Assembly: GCA_015065215.1 (NCBI GenBank)
Contig: SVQT01000001.1
Span: forward strand, 34,237-98,236
Reading direction: 5' to 3'
Origin: Oscillospiraceae bacterium
Lineage (GTDB): Bacteria; Bacillota; Clostridia; Oscillospirales; CAG-272
DNA: 64,000 nt
Shown here one piece after another: positions 18,041 to 26,866 of this stretch (position 1 is its first letter; the number at the start of each line of letters is the position of its first letter). The position numbers and the translations under genes are program-made. The notes below the pieces were generated by a model that did no database searches, was not told the DNA's origin, and saw only the letters and a program-made list of their open reading frames with translations.

Positions 18041-19186
18041 ATGAATCGTTTTGTATTGAATGAGACCTCTTATCACGGTGCGGGCGCTATCACCGTTGTG
18101 CCTGACGAGATCAAAAACCGCGGCTTTCAAAAGGCTTTCGTCGCCTCTGACCCCGACCTGATCAAATTTGGTGTTACCGCTAAGGTCACCGATCTGTTGG
18201 ATGCCGCCAAGATCCCTTACACCGTCTACTCCGACATCAAGGCCAACCCCACCATTGAAAATGTGCAAAACGGTGTTGCCGCCTTCAAGGCCTCCGGCGC
18301 GGATTGCATCGTGGCCATCGGCGGTGGCTCCTCGATGGATACCTCCAAGGCCATCGGCATCATCGTCGCCAATCCTGAGTTTGAGGACGTGCGCTCTCTG
18401 GAAGGTGTTGCCCCCACCAAGAACCCCTGTGTACCGATCATTGCCGTGCCCACCACCGCCGGCACTGCCGCGGAGGTAACCATCAACTATGTCATTACCG
18501 ATGTAGAAAAAAAGCGTAAATTCGTTTGCGTTGACGTGCATGACATTCCGGTCGTGGCCGTTGTTGACCCCGATATGATGTCCTCTATGCCCAAGGGTCT
18601 GACCGCCGCAACCGGTATGGACGCGCTGACCCACGCCATCGAGGGCTATATCACCAAGGGCGCCTGGGAGCTTTCTGATATGTTCCACATCAAGGCGATC
18701 GAGATCATTGCAAAGAGCCTGCGCGGCGCTGTTGAGAACACCAAAGAGGGCAGAGAAGGCATGGCGCTTGGTCAGTATGTAGCCGGCATGGGCTTCTCCA
18801 ACGTGGGTCTTGGTGTTGACCACTCGATGGCGCACACGCTCTCGGCATACTACGATATGCCTCACGGCAAGGCTTGCGCCACCCTGCTGCCCGCCGTTAT
18901 GGCTTACAACGCCGAATACACCGGCGAAAAGTACCGCGAGATCGCCCGTGCTATGGGCGTGAAGGGTGTTGACGATATGACCCAGGCAGAGTACCGCAAG
19001 GTAGCCGTGGATGCCGTCCGTCAGCTTGCTGAGGACGTGGGCATTCAGTGTTCTCTCAAGGGCGTGCTGAAGGAGGAGGACATCCCCGCGCTGGCAAAGG
19101 ACGCCTATGCGGACGCTTGCCGCCCCGGCAATCCCCGTGAGACCAGCGAGGAAGAAATCGCCGCTATTTACCGCAGCCTGATGTAA
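18041..19186 (+). CDS. fucO: Lactaldehyde reductase / 1,2-propanediol oxidoreductase (Fe-dependent ADH)
   Basis: Near-colinear similarity to E. coli FucO as I remember it (PTTAGTAAEVTINYVITD..KRKFVCVD, DALTHAIEGYITKGAW, ALGQYVAGMGFSNVGLG). ATG 18041. Confidence 0.9.
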   Translation: MNRFVLNETSYHGAGAITVVPDEIKNRGFQKAFVASDPDLIKFGVTAKVTDLLDAAKIPYTVYSDIKANPTIENVQNGVAAFKASGADCIVAIGGGSSMDTSKAIGIIVANPEFEDVRSLEGVAPTKNPCVPIIAVPTTAGTAAEVTINYVITDVEKKRKFVCVDVHDIPVVAVVDPDMMSSMPKGLTAATGMDALTHAIEGYITKGAWELSDMFHIKAIEIIAKSLRGAVENTKEGREGMALGQYVAGMGFSNVGLGVDHSMAHTLSAYYDMPHGKACATLLPAVMAYNAEYTGEKYREIARAMGVKGVDDMTQAEYRKVAVDAVRQLAEDVGIQCSLKGVLKEEDIPALAKDAYADACRPGNPRETSEEEIAAIYRSLM

Positions 19187-19197
19187 AATAACAACAA

Positions 19198-19231
19198 AAC
19201 GGGAAATGCCGAGGCATTTCCCGTTTTGTTG
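19198..19231 (+). terminator. Rho-independent terminator after fucO
   Basis: AACGGGAAATGCC (19198-19210) pairs with GGCATTTCCCGTT (19213-19225), followed by TTTGTT. Confidence 0.75.
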
Positions 19232-19276
19232 CAAAAGAGCGGCCCCCGCTATCAAATAGCGGGGGCTGCTCTTTTC
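19232..19276 (-). terminator. Rho-independent terminator after the CNNM/CorC-type gene
   Basis: AGAGCGGCCCCCGCTAT (19236-19252) pairs with ATAGCGGGGGCTGCTCT with one mismatch. On the minus strand it is followed by CTTTTGC. Confidence 0.65.
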
Positions 19277-19293
19277 GGCACTGCACCTGTGCG

Positions 19294-20631
19294 TTATTCT
19301 ATCTTTTCTGCGTCGGTCGCTTCAGCGGTATCGGCAGGGGTCAGGATGCGAAGTACGGCACTTTCTACCTGTAAATCCTGTACGCGCTCTACCGCAATAG
19401 AAAGTTGCTCTGTTTGCACAGTAAAGCCTTTGCCGTCTGTGGGGATGGCCCCCAACTTGGCCAGGGCCAGACCGCTGATGGTATCACAATCCTCGTGTGG
19501 GATCTCTATACCCAACTCCTTTTCCAGATCATCCAGCGAAGCGGAACCCAGAACGCGCCAGGAGCCGTCCTCCAAGGGCTGGATCTCAGGCTGGAGCTCC
19601 CTTTGCGCTTCCTCATCGGAAAGATCACCGAGCAGGCATTCGATCAGATCAGTCATGGTCACGATACCCAGCACACCGCCATATTCGTCAATAACAACGG
19701 CAAGTGAGACACGTTCTTTTTTCATATTGCGAAACAAAAGATCGGCTTTGACACCGTCGGGCACGAAGTAAGCGGGGCGAACTGCCTCACGCAGAATTGT
19801 TTCGCGGTCCTTGTCGCAGCCAAGGCGGAAATAGTCCTTGGCGTTGAGGATGCCGACCACGTTATCCACGCTTTCCTCGCAAACGGGATAAAGCGTGTAG
19901 CGGTTAGAAACGATGGTTTTATCCCATTCCTCGTCGCTTTCCTCCATCCACAAAAGCGCCAGATCGGTGCGGTGCGTTGCGATCTCGCCTGCGGTCAGAT
20001 CATCAAACTCGAAAATATTTTGTATCAGCTCTTTTTCTTCTTGCTCAATGGCGCCCTGCTTGGTACCGGCATCTACCATCAGCTTGATGTCCTCCTCGCT
20101 CACGTCCTCGTCGGTGGCGTTGGGGTCTACACGGAAAAGGCGCAGGATCAGATTGGTGGTAACCGTTAAAAGAAATACGACAGGGGCAAAGAGCTTGGCA
20201 ATAACATAAATAGGAGCTGAGAGACCCAGCGCCAAGGATTCCGCCTTTCGTTGCGCCAACCGCTTGGGAACCAGCTCGCCAAAGATCAGGGTAAAAACGG
20301 AAAGGATCACGGTGATCAAGATGACGATAACCGCTTCGGGAACCATAACCTTTACGCTATGTAACCACTCCACCAAGGGATCAGCAAAGTTATCTGCCGC
20401 AAATGCGGAGCCGAGAAAGCCGGAAAGGGTAATGGCTACCTGAATGGTGGCCAAAAACTTTGCGGGCTGGTCGGTTAGTGTCAGTAAGCGCTTGGCCCGC
20501 TTATCCCCCTTATCGGCAAGCTGCTCCAGCTTGACGGTATTGGTACTGATGACCGCGATCTCGGCACAGGCAAAAACCGCATTCAAAGCGATCAAAAAGA
20601 TCTGCAAAAGTATCATCCAAACCATATTCAT
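19294..20631 (-). CDS. Hemolysin family / CNNM (DUF21)-CBS pair-CorC_HlyC domain membrane protein (putative divalent cation transporter)
   Basis: N-terminal DUF21 TM region (LLQIFLIALNAVFACAEIAVIS), tandem CBS region, and C-terminal CorC/HlyC-type domain. Confidence 0.85.
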   Translation of the reverse strand: MNMVWMILLQIFLIALNAVFACAEIAVISTNTVKLEQLADKGDKRAKRLLTLTDQPAKFLATIQVAITLSGFLGSAFAADNFADPLVEWLHSVKVMVPEAVIVILITVILSVFTLIFGELVPKRLAQRKAESLALGLSAPIYVIAKLFAPVVFLLTVTTNLILRLFRVDPNATDEDVSEEDIKLMVDAGTKQGAIEQEEKELIQNIFEFDDLTAGEIATHRTDLALLWMEESDEEWDKTIVSNRYTLYPVCEESVDNVVGILNAKDYFRLGCDKDRETILREAVRPAYFVPDGVKADLLFRNMKKERVSLAVVIDEYGGVLGIVTMTDLIECLLGDLSDEEAQRELQPEIQPLEDGSWRVLGSASLDDLEKELGIEIPHEDCDTISGLALAKLGAIPTDGKGFTVQTEQLSIAVERVQDLQVESAVLRILTPADTAEATDAEKIE

Positions 20632-20668
20632 TATATAATTATCTCCTTTGAATTTTCAAAAATAGCGC

Positions 20669-20720
20669 AAAAAAGGGCATAACCGAGACAGGCTCATTCC
20701 AAAAGCCAATGGTTATGTCC
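20669..20720 (-). terminator. Intrinsic terminator inside the 5' leader of the CNNM/CorC-type gene (candidate attenuator or riboswitch expression platform)
   Basis: Minus strand: GGACATAACC (complement of 20711-20720) ... GGTTATGCCC (complement of 20675-20684), 9 of 10 bp paired. A nested GGCT/AGCC stem sits in the loop. TTTTTT follows, 37 nt before the ATG. Confidence 0.55.
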
Positions 20721-20827
20721 GCACATGATATTTTGAAAAGATAAAGGGGGCTCCTCTATACTGTGGCTACAGCTGCCTGCGTCCATTGCTTTCTACAGAT
20801 CTCCTTTCCATTTGAAGTTGTATATAT

Positions 20828-20856
20828 ATTATACCGTAAAAACGCGATTCGGTCAA
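20828..20856 (-). promoter_or_regulatory. SigA-type promoter for the CNNM/CorC-type gene
   Basis: Minus strand: TTGACC (complement of 20851-20856), 17-nt spacer, TATAAT (complement of 20828-20833). Predicts a ~190-nt leader. Confidence 0.55.
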
Positions 20857-20982
20857 ATCTGTTTTGAGGTAGTGACAATTGAATTCGAACCGAAAATGCG
20901 CAAAATAGTCAAATAATAAGCGACTATCTCATCCAATCGCAGTTTTTTATGTCAAAATCGCACTTTTTCTTAAAATAATGAC

Positions 20983-21012
20983 TTGACGGCGCTGTTTGAA
21001 AAGGGTTATAAT
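20983..21012 (+). promoter_or_regulatory. SigA-type promoter for the SGNH hydrolase gene
   Basis: TTGACG (20983-20988), 18-nt spacer, TATAAT (21007-21012). Confidence 0.55.
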
Positions 21013-21041
21013 GAAGAAAACTGCTGCGCGAGGTATGTCTG

Positions 21042-21767
21042 ATGCATATTACAGATAAGATCAACATGGAGCGTGCCGACCTGGAAAAGCATGGCCCCAT
21101 CACCATTGTCGTCTTTGGTGACAGCGTCACTCATGGGGCACTGACCGGTGGCGAGATCAATTACGAGACGGTTTATTGGAATTTGCTAAAGCAAAAAATC
21201 AACGCGGTGCGCAATTATGTACCGGTCAATGTAATCAATGCCGGCATCGGCGGAACCACCGCCGCAAAGTCGGTTGCCCGCCTGGATAGCCAGGTGCTCA
21301 AGCATGAGCCGGATCTGGTGATCGTTTGCTTTGGGCTCAATGACGTGAACGGTGAGCTGGAGCCTTTTTTAAACGCCTTGCGCGAGATTTTTTCACATAT
21401 CAAGGCAAGCGGTGCTGACATCATCTATCTTTCGCCCAATATGCTGAACACCTACGTGGCAGAGGATACCGAGGAGAGATGGCTGGAATACGCCGCCAAA
21501 ACCGCCAAAATGCAAAACGAGGGCAAAATGGATCTGTATATCGAAAGTGCCTGCCGCTTGGCAAGAGAAATGGGCGTTGTCGTTTGCGATTGCTATGCAC
21601 AGTGGAAGGAATTGAGCAAAACCGAAGACACCACCAAAATGCTTTGCAACCGCATCAATCATCCCACCAAGGAAATGCATCGGTTGTTTGCGGATATGTT
21701 GTTTGACGCTGTCTTTGGCAAGGAACTGAGCACCCCCAAAAAGAGCGACAGTACGATGTATAAATAA
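21042..21767 (+). CDS. SGNH/GDSL family hydrolase
   Basis: Block I VVFGDSVTHG, block III GLND, and C-terminal DxxH-like NHPT context. GAGGT RBS 7 nt upstream. Confidence 0.75.
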   Translation: MHITDKINMERADLEKHGPITIVVFGDSVTHGALTGGEINYETVYWNLLKQKINAVRNYVPVNVINAGIGGTTAAKSVARLDSQVLKHEPDLVIVCFGLNDVNGELEPFLNALREIFSHIKASGADIIYLSPNMLNTYVAEDTEERWLEYAAKTAKMQNEGKMDLYIESACRLAREMGVVVCDCYAQWKELSKTEDTTKMLCNRINHPTKEMHRLFADMLFDAVFGKELSTPKKSDSTMYK

Positions 21768-21778
21768 AGGAGAAAAAA

Positions 21779-22924
21779 ATGAATTTCAAATATTTAACCG
21801 AGTATATTGATAACCTCTATGAGCTGGAGGGCATCCCCTCCCGAGATATAATCGTATATCAAAAGGGCAAGGAGATCTACCGCCACAGCGCCGGCTATCA
21901 GGATCTTGCCACCGGCGAGCCGATCCGCCGCGACGCCCTTTACTATATGTATTCCGCCTCCAAGCTCTTGACGATGGTGGCCACCATGCAGCTACTGGAA
22001 CGGGGCAAGATCCTCTTGCAGGAGCCTGTTTCCAAATATCTGCCCGAGTACAGCGCTCCCCGCGTAAAGGTGATGGACGCGCGCGGTACGGCCTCTACCG
22101 TGCCTGCCAAGCATACCCTGCGCATCTGGCATCTGCTGACCATGACCTCCGGCATTGCCTACAACACCAAGGCGCCCGAGATCCTTGCCTGTATGGAGGA
22201 GCATAACGGCGCCCCCTCTACCGCTGACATCATCAAGGCCTTTGCCGCGAGACCGCTTCATTTCCATCCCGGCGAGCATTGGATGTACGGCTTTTCTCAC
22301 GATGTCATGGCCCGCGTGATCGAGGTGGTAGCCGGCGAGCCGTTCGGTGATTTTGTGCAGAAAAATATCTTTGACCCCATCGGCATGAAGAACTCCTATT
22401 ATCATCTGACTGATGATCTGCGCCCCCGTATGGCCATGCAGTACAAATTTGATGCGGAGCAGGGGAAAGCGGTGGAGTACGGCCTGCGCAACGAGCATAT
22501 CTTTGGCCCCAATTTTGAGAGCGGCGGCGCGGGGTGCATTTCCTGCGTGGATGATTATATTCTGTTCGCCGAAACGCTGACCCACAAAGGTGTGGCCCCG
22601 AACGGTAACCGAATCCTCTCTGAGCGCGCCATCGACCTGATGCGCTCCGACTGTCTGGATGAAAAAACACGCCCCGACTTCAACTGGGATGCCTTCCGCG
22701 GCTATGGCTACGGCTTTGGCGTGCGCACCTTCATCAGCCCTGCCAAGGGCGGCTCGCTGACCACCCTCGGTGACTTCGGCTGGGGCGGCGCCGCGGGCGC
22801 TTATGTGCACGCCGATCCCGAACGTGAAATCTCGATCGTGTATCTTCAGCATATGCTCAACAGTAAAGAGCCCGTGGTTCATCCGCGCCTGCGAAACCTC
22901 GTTTACGCGGCGTTGGAATATTGA
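21779..22924 (+). CDS. Serine hydrolase, beta-lactamase (class C / PBP4*-like) family
   Basis: SxxK motif (YSASKLLT), YxN-like region, and overall length ~380 aa. AAAGGAG RBS. Follows the SGNH gene by 11 nt. Confidence 0.75.
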   Translation: MNFKYLTEYIDNLYELEGIPSRDIIVYQKGKEIYRHSAGYQDLATGEPIRRDALYYMYSASKLLTMVATMQLLERGKILLQEPVSKYLPEYSAPRVKVMDARGTASTVPAKHTLRIWHLLTMTSGIAYNTKAPEILACMEEHNGAPSTADIIKAFAARPLHFHPGEHWMYGFSHDVMARVIEVVAGEPFGDFVQKNIFDPIGMKNSYYHLTDDLRPRMAMQYKFDAEQGKAVEYGLRNEHIFGPNFESGGAGCISCVDDYILFAETLTHKGVAPNGNRILSERAIDLMRSDCLDEKTRPDFNWDAFRGYGYGFGVRTFISPAKGGSLTTLGDFGWGGAAGAYVHADPEREISIVYLQHMLNSKEPVVHPRLRNLVYAALEY

Positions 22925-23076
22925 TTTTTTTGCAGAGCCGGTTTTGCGTTAGCAGAGCCGGCTCTGTTATAAAGTCGTTTTTATCCACATTTTTGTCGCT
23001 TTTGTGCTATATGATTTTTTCACGATTATGATACCATAAAATCAGAAAAATTTCATAGCACGAAAGGGGAAAAGCA

Positions 23077-24063
23077 ATGAAAAAATTAGTCAGCAAGGCA
23101 CCAATGCAGACCGAATGGATCGAGGTACCCGAAAAAGAGATCACCGCCGCCAATCAAGTCAAGATCAAGCTAACCTACTGTGGCGTTTGTATGTCCGAGC
23201 ATTACGATTGGATGACCTCCGAAAAGGAGCGATCCTTCGGTCACGAGCCGGTGGGCGTTGTGACAGAGGTCGGTGCCGATGTGAAAACAGTCAAGGTGGG
23301 GGACCGTGTCAGCGGTCTGTTTTCCGGTAGCGCTGAATATGCCGTTGCCGTTGAGGAAAAAGTATTCAAGCTGCCGGACAGCATCTCGGATACCGAGGGC
23401 GTATTGGAGCCACTCGCCTGTCTGATGAGCGCCGTGAGTAAGGTACGGATCGGCATGATCGGCGAGCGCGTCGCCGTTGTCGGCTGTGGCTATATGGGCT
23501 GTGGCGCTATCGGATTGCTCAAGCTGCGCGGCGCTTATGTGGTGGCGGTTGACATCAACCCTGAGTCAGTCAGGAACGCTCTGCAATATGGCGCTGATGA
23601 GGCATATTTGGTTGAGGATCTGCCGGCAAATTATCGTTATGTTCCCGGCGGTGGACTCAATTTTGACGGCGAGCCGGGCGGATTTTCGCTGGTTATGGAA
23701 TGGGGCGAGACCAACGAATCGCTTGATCTTGCCATTCAGATGACGCGCCAGTGCGGTCAGCTTGCCATCGGTGCCTATCACACCGGCGAAAAGCGCTTGG
23801 TGGATGTGCAGCAGCTGAATGTGAAAGCGATTGATTGCCTCAGCACGCATCCGCGCGAAGGGGAGCTCAGCATTGCGGGCTGCAAGAATGCGATCAAACT
23901 GATGGAAAGCGGCGCTTGGAACTATAAGCACGTGCCGACCAAGGTCTATCCGCGCTCGATGTTTGACGCGGCGCAAGCGGATCTGCCGAACAAATTCGGC
24001 AAATATCTCAAGGCCGTGATCGATATGAGCGGCAAGGAATTTGAACCTTATATTATTGAGTGA
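23077..24063 (+). CDS. Zinc-dependent alcohol/polyol dehydrogenase (MDR family)
   Basis: Catalytic zinc region CGVCMSEHYDW...GHEPVGVV, GroES-like fold, then Rossmann VAVVGCGYMGCGAIGL. Confidence 0.8.
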   Translation: MKKLVSKAPMQTEWIEVPEKEITAANQVKIKLTYCGVCMSEHYDWMTSEKERSFGHEPVGVVTEVGADVKTVKVGDRVSGLFSGSAEYAVAVEEKVFKLPDSISDTEGVLEPLACLMSAVSKVRIGMIGERVAVVGCGYMGCGAIGLLKLRGAYVVAVDINPESVRNALQYGADEAYLVEDLPANYRYVPGGGLNFDGEPGGFSLVMEWGETNESLDLAIQMTRQCGQLAIGAYHTGEKRLVDVQQLNVKAIDCLSTHPREGELSIAGCKNAIKLMESGAWNYKHVPTKVYPRSMFDAAQADLPNKFGKYLKAVIDMSGKEFEPYIIE

Positions 24064-24074
24064 AGGAAACGGAA

Positions 24075-24521
24075 ATGAAGATTGCGATCGGTAATGACCA
24101 CATTGCGGTGGACATGAAAAAGCATATCGTAGAATATCTGGAAAAGAAGGGCTATACCCTTGTGAATTTTGGCACCGACACTACCGAGCGGGTGGATTAT
24201 CCGCTTTACGGCAAGGCGGTTGCCGAGGCGGTGGCAAGCGGGGAATGCGAGCTTGGCATCCTGATCTGCGGCACCGGTATTGGCATTTCTCTTGCCGCCA
24301 ATAAGGTCAAGGGCATCCGCGCGGCTGTCTGCTCGGAATCCTATTCCGCGGCACTGACCAGACAGCACAACAACGCGAATATCATCGCTTTTGGCTCCAG
24401 AGTAGTCGGCACCGCCACCGCGGAAGCCATCGTTGATGCCTTTTTAGAGGCGAAGTTCGAGGGCGGCCGCCACGCCCCTCGCGTGGATATGATCACCGCC
24501 ATCGAGGAGGGTAGGCTTTGA
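24075..24521 (+). CDS. rpiB: Ribose-5-phosphate isomerase B / RpiB-LacA-LacB family sugar-phosphate isomerase
   Basis: MKIAIGNDHIAVDMKKHIVEYL, ICGTGIGISLAANKVKGIRAA and FEGGRHAPRV are typical RpiB segments. Confidence 0.88.
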   Translation: MKIAIGNDHIAVDMKKHIVEYLEKKGYTLVNFGTDTTERVDYPLYGKAVAEAVASGECELGILICGTGIGISLAANKVKGIRAAVCSESYSAALTRQHNNANIIAFGSRVVGTATAEAIVDAFLEAKFEGGRHAPRVDMITAIEEGRL

Positions 24522-25411
24522 GCTATCGGTTGGGTATTGACATCGGTGGTACCAAGATCTGTATTGGCTTGGTGTCGGTAGCGCAGGAGGTCACTCTGCT
24601 TGGCTATCGAAAATTGGAAGTCTCGCATATAAGCGACATCGTAGCCGAGATCAAGAACGCGGTAGAGGCTTTGTGCGAAGAATTGCGCTGTTCAAGCCGT
24701 GACATCGCATTTTGCGGCGTGGGTATCCCGGGAACGGTCAGCGAGGACGGCAGACGGATTTTAAAGGCACCGAATATTTCTGTTCTTTCGGCCGCTTTCG
24801 CCGAACGCCTGGCACAGGCACTTGGCATGCCGGTGACACTGCTGCAAGACTCCCGCGCGGCGGCTTGGGGGGAGTATTGCTGTGGTGCCGGCAGGGGAGC
24901 ACAGACCCTGATCTGTATCACGCTGGGTACCGGCATTGGCACCGGCATCGTGATCGACGGTCAGCTTTTTCACGGTGCCCTGGGCACGGCCGGTGAATTG
25001 GGCCATGTTCCGGCAGTGCCGAACGGGCGCTCCTGCGGCTGCGGCAAGCGCGGATGCGTGGAAAAATACTGCGCCGGCGGCGGTCTGGATATAACCGCGC
25101 GGGAGCTGCTTGGCGCGGGAAAAACCGCAAAAGATCTGTTTTGTGCCGCAAAGGAAGGGCATCAACAGGCGCAACATGCCATCCATGAGGCGATCTGTCT
25201 GTTGGGAAATACCGTTGTTGCGGCGATCAATCTGCTATCGCCGAACGCGGTACTGTTCAGCGGCGGCATGAGCAATGAGGCCGCACTGATAGAGCCCCTC
25301 ATCTCCTATATCAAAGAGCATTGCTATACGATAGGTACGCTGCCAATCTTAAAAAAGGCATCGCTTGGGGAATTTGCTCCTCTCATCGGCGCGGCAATGG
25401 CAAGCAAATAA
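24518..25411 (+). CDS. ROK family sugar kinase
   Basis: LGIDIGGTKICIGLV ATP-binding N-terminus and ROK zinc motif (GHVPAVPNGRSCGCGKRGCVEKYC). The TTG start overlaps the rpiB stop (TTGA). Confidence 0.85.
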   Translation: MSYRLGIDIGGTKICIGLVSVAQEVTLLGYRKLEVSHISDIVAEIKNAVEALCEELRCSSRDIAFCGVGIPGTVSEDGRRILKAPNISVLSAAFAERLAQALGMPVTLLQDSRAAAWGEYCCGAGRGAQTLICITLGTGIGTGIVIDGQLFHGALGTAGELGHVPAVPNGRSCGCGKRGCVEKYCAGGGLDITARELLGAGKTAKDLFCAAKEGHQQAQHAIHEAICLLGNTVVAAINLLSPNAVLFSGGMSNEAALIEPLISYIKEHCYTIGTLPILKKASLGEFAPLIGAAMASK

Positions 25412-25413
25412 GC

Positions 25414-25450
25414 AACAGGCGCGGATATTTTCCGCGCCTGTTCTCTTTTT
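25414..25450 (+). terminator. Rho-independent terminator after the ROK kinase gene
   Basis: ACAGGCGCGG (25414-25423) pairs with CCGCGCCTGT (25431-25440), followed by TCTCTTTTTT. Confidence 0.8.
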
Positions 25451-25540
25451 TACAATTTTACGGATTTTTTCTGTTATTCAAAAAAATTTTTTACATCTTT
25501 TACAAAATTGAGCAAAGCGGTATTTTTTTGCGGAAATATC

Positions 25541-25569
25541 TTTACAAATCGACTTTTTTTTGGTATACT
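25541..25569 (+). promoter_or_regulatory. SigA-type promoter for the CofE-like gene
   Basis: TTTACA (25541-25546), 17-nt spacer, TGgTATACT (25561-25569). Confidence 0.5.
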
Positions 25570-25638
25570 AATCGATGTGGTAAAATCATCTTACCCCTGT
25601 TTGCCAGCTAAACAGTCAAAAAAAGGAGTGGTCTTTTT

Positions 25639-26823
25639 ATGAGCCGTATGATCGGTACTGTATCCCGTGGCGTTCGCGCCCCTATTATTCGCGGTGGAGA
25701 CGATCTGGTTGAGATTGTAACCAACTGCATTCTTGATGCCGCAAAGGATGGCGGTTACGAGGTTCGCAACCGTGACATCGTCGCAATGACCGAGTCGATC
25801 GTTGCCCGCGCACAGGAAAACTATGTGACCATTGATAATATCGCTGAGGATGTTCGCAATAAGCTTGGCGGCGAAACCGTCGGTATTGTTTTCCCAATCC
25901 TCTCCCGCAACCGCTTTTCTGTTTGCCTGACCGGTATCGCCAGAGGTGCCAAAAAGGTGGTTATTATGCTGTCCTACCCCTCCGACGAGGTAGGGAACCA
26001 TCTGGTCAGCTTGGATGCCATTGACGCCGCCGGCATTAACCCCTATAGCGATGTGCTGGATGTCAAGCGTTACCGTGAGTGCTTTGGCTATGAAAAACAC
26101 ACCTTTACCGGCGTTGACTATGTTGAATACTACGAGCAGTTGGTTCGCGCGGAAGGCGCTGAATGTGAGATCATCTTCGCTAACGATCCCCGCGCCATTC
26201 TCAAATACACTGACAAGGTACTGTGCTGTGATATTCACACCCGCGCGCGCTCCAAGAGACTCCTCAAGGCCGCAGGCGCCAAAATTGTGTACGGCATGGA
26301 CGATATTATGTCCGCTCCCATTGACGGCAGCGGCTATAACGAAAAGTACGGTCTGCTTGGCTCCAACAAGGCAACCGACGATAAGGTCAAGCTGTTCCCC
26401 CGCGATTGCCAGAGTCTGGTAGAAGCCATTCAGGATCGCATCTTAAAAGAAACCGGTAAGCTGGTCGAGGTTATGGTCTATGGCGACGGTGCCTTTAAGG
26501 ATCCGGTCGGCAAGATCTGGGAACTGGCCGATCCGGTGGTTTCTCCTGCCTACACCAAGGGCTTGGAGGGAACTCCCAACGAGCTGAAGCTCAAATATTT
26601 GGCTGACAACGACTTCGCCAATCTTTCCGGCGAGGAGCTGCGCGCCGCCATCGAGGATAAGATCTCTCACAAGGACACCAAGCAGGAGGGACAGATGGGC
26701 ACCACCCCCAGACGCCTCACCGATCTGATTGGTTCTCTGTGCGACCTGACCTCCGGCTCGGGTGATAAGGGCACACCTATCATCTATATCCAGGGCTATT
26801 TCGATAACTACACCACTGAATAA
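25639..26823 (+). CDS. F420-0:gamma-glutamyl ligase (CofE)-like family protein, long form
   Basis: The N-terminus (PIIRGGDDLVEIV...DIVAMTESIVARAQ) and C-terminus (ADEI-like ...LCDLTSGSGDKGTPIIYIQG) parallel the CofE fold segments as I remember them. AAGGAG RBS. Confidence 0.6.
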   Translation: MSRMIGTVSRGVRAPIIRGGDDLVEIVTNCILDAAKDGGYEVRNRDIVAMTESIVARAQENYVTIDNIAEDVRNKLGGETVGIVFPILSRNRFSVCLTGIARGAKKVVIMLSYPSDEVGNHLVSLDAIDAAGINPYSDVLDVKRYRECFGYEKHTFTGVDYVEYYEQLVRAEGAECEIIFANDPRAILKYTDKVLCCDIHTRARSKRLLKAAGAKIVYGMDDIMSAPIDGSGYNEKYGLLGSNKATDDKVKLFPRDCQSLVEAIQDRILKETGKLVEVMVYGDGAFKDPVGKIWELADPVVSPAYTKGLEGTPNELKLKYLADNDFANLSGEELRAAIEDKISHKDTKQEGQMGTTPRRLTDLIGSLCDLTSGSGDKGTPIIYIQGYFDNYTTE

Positions 26824-26866
26824 ACAAAAAACAGTCGGCTACCTGTCAGGTAGCCGACTGTTTTTA
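26824..26866. terminator. Bidirectional terminator between convergent genes
   Basis: ACAGTCGGCTACC (26831-26843) pairs with GGTAGCCGACTGT (26849-26861). A-run upstream, TTTTT downstream. Confidence 0.85.

Noticed and set aside
17990-19255. 421-aa ORF antisense to fucO
   Set aside because: It is a shadow ORF. FucO identity on the plus strand is very strong, and the antisense translation is low-complexity (G/H/V/A-rich) with no recognisable motifs or RBS.
20720-20830. Assignment of the CNNM leader to the M-box, yybP-ykoY (Mn2+), NiCo or fluoride riboswitch classes
   Set aside because: I could not find the conserved cores I remember, for example GUUAGGUGAGGCU for the M-box or GGGGAGUAG for yybP-ykoY. 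At ~100 nt the aptamer region is also too short for an M-box. I left it unclassified pending a covariance-model scan.
20872-20895. GGTTCGAATTC on the minus strand, resembling a tRNA T-loop
   Set aside because: The flanking bases do not form a T-stem (TTCGG against TCAAT), and no acceptor or anticodon arms can be drawn. It is just an EcoRI site next to GAACC.
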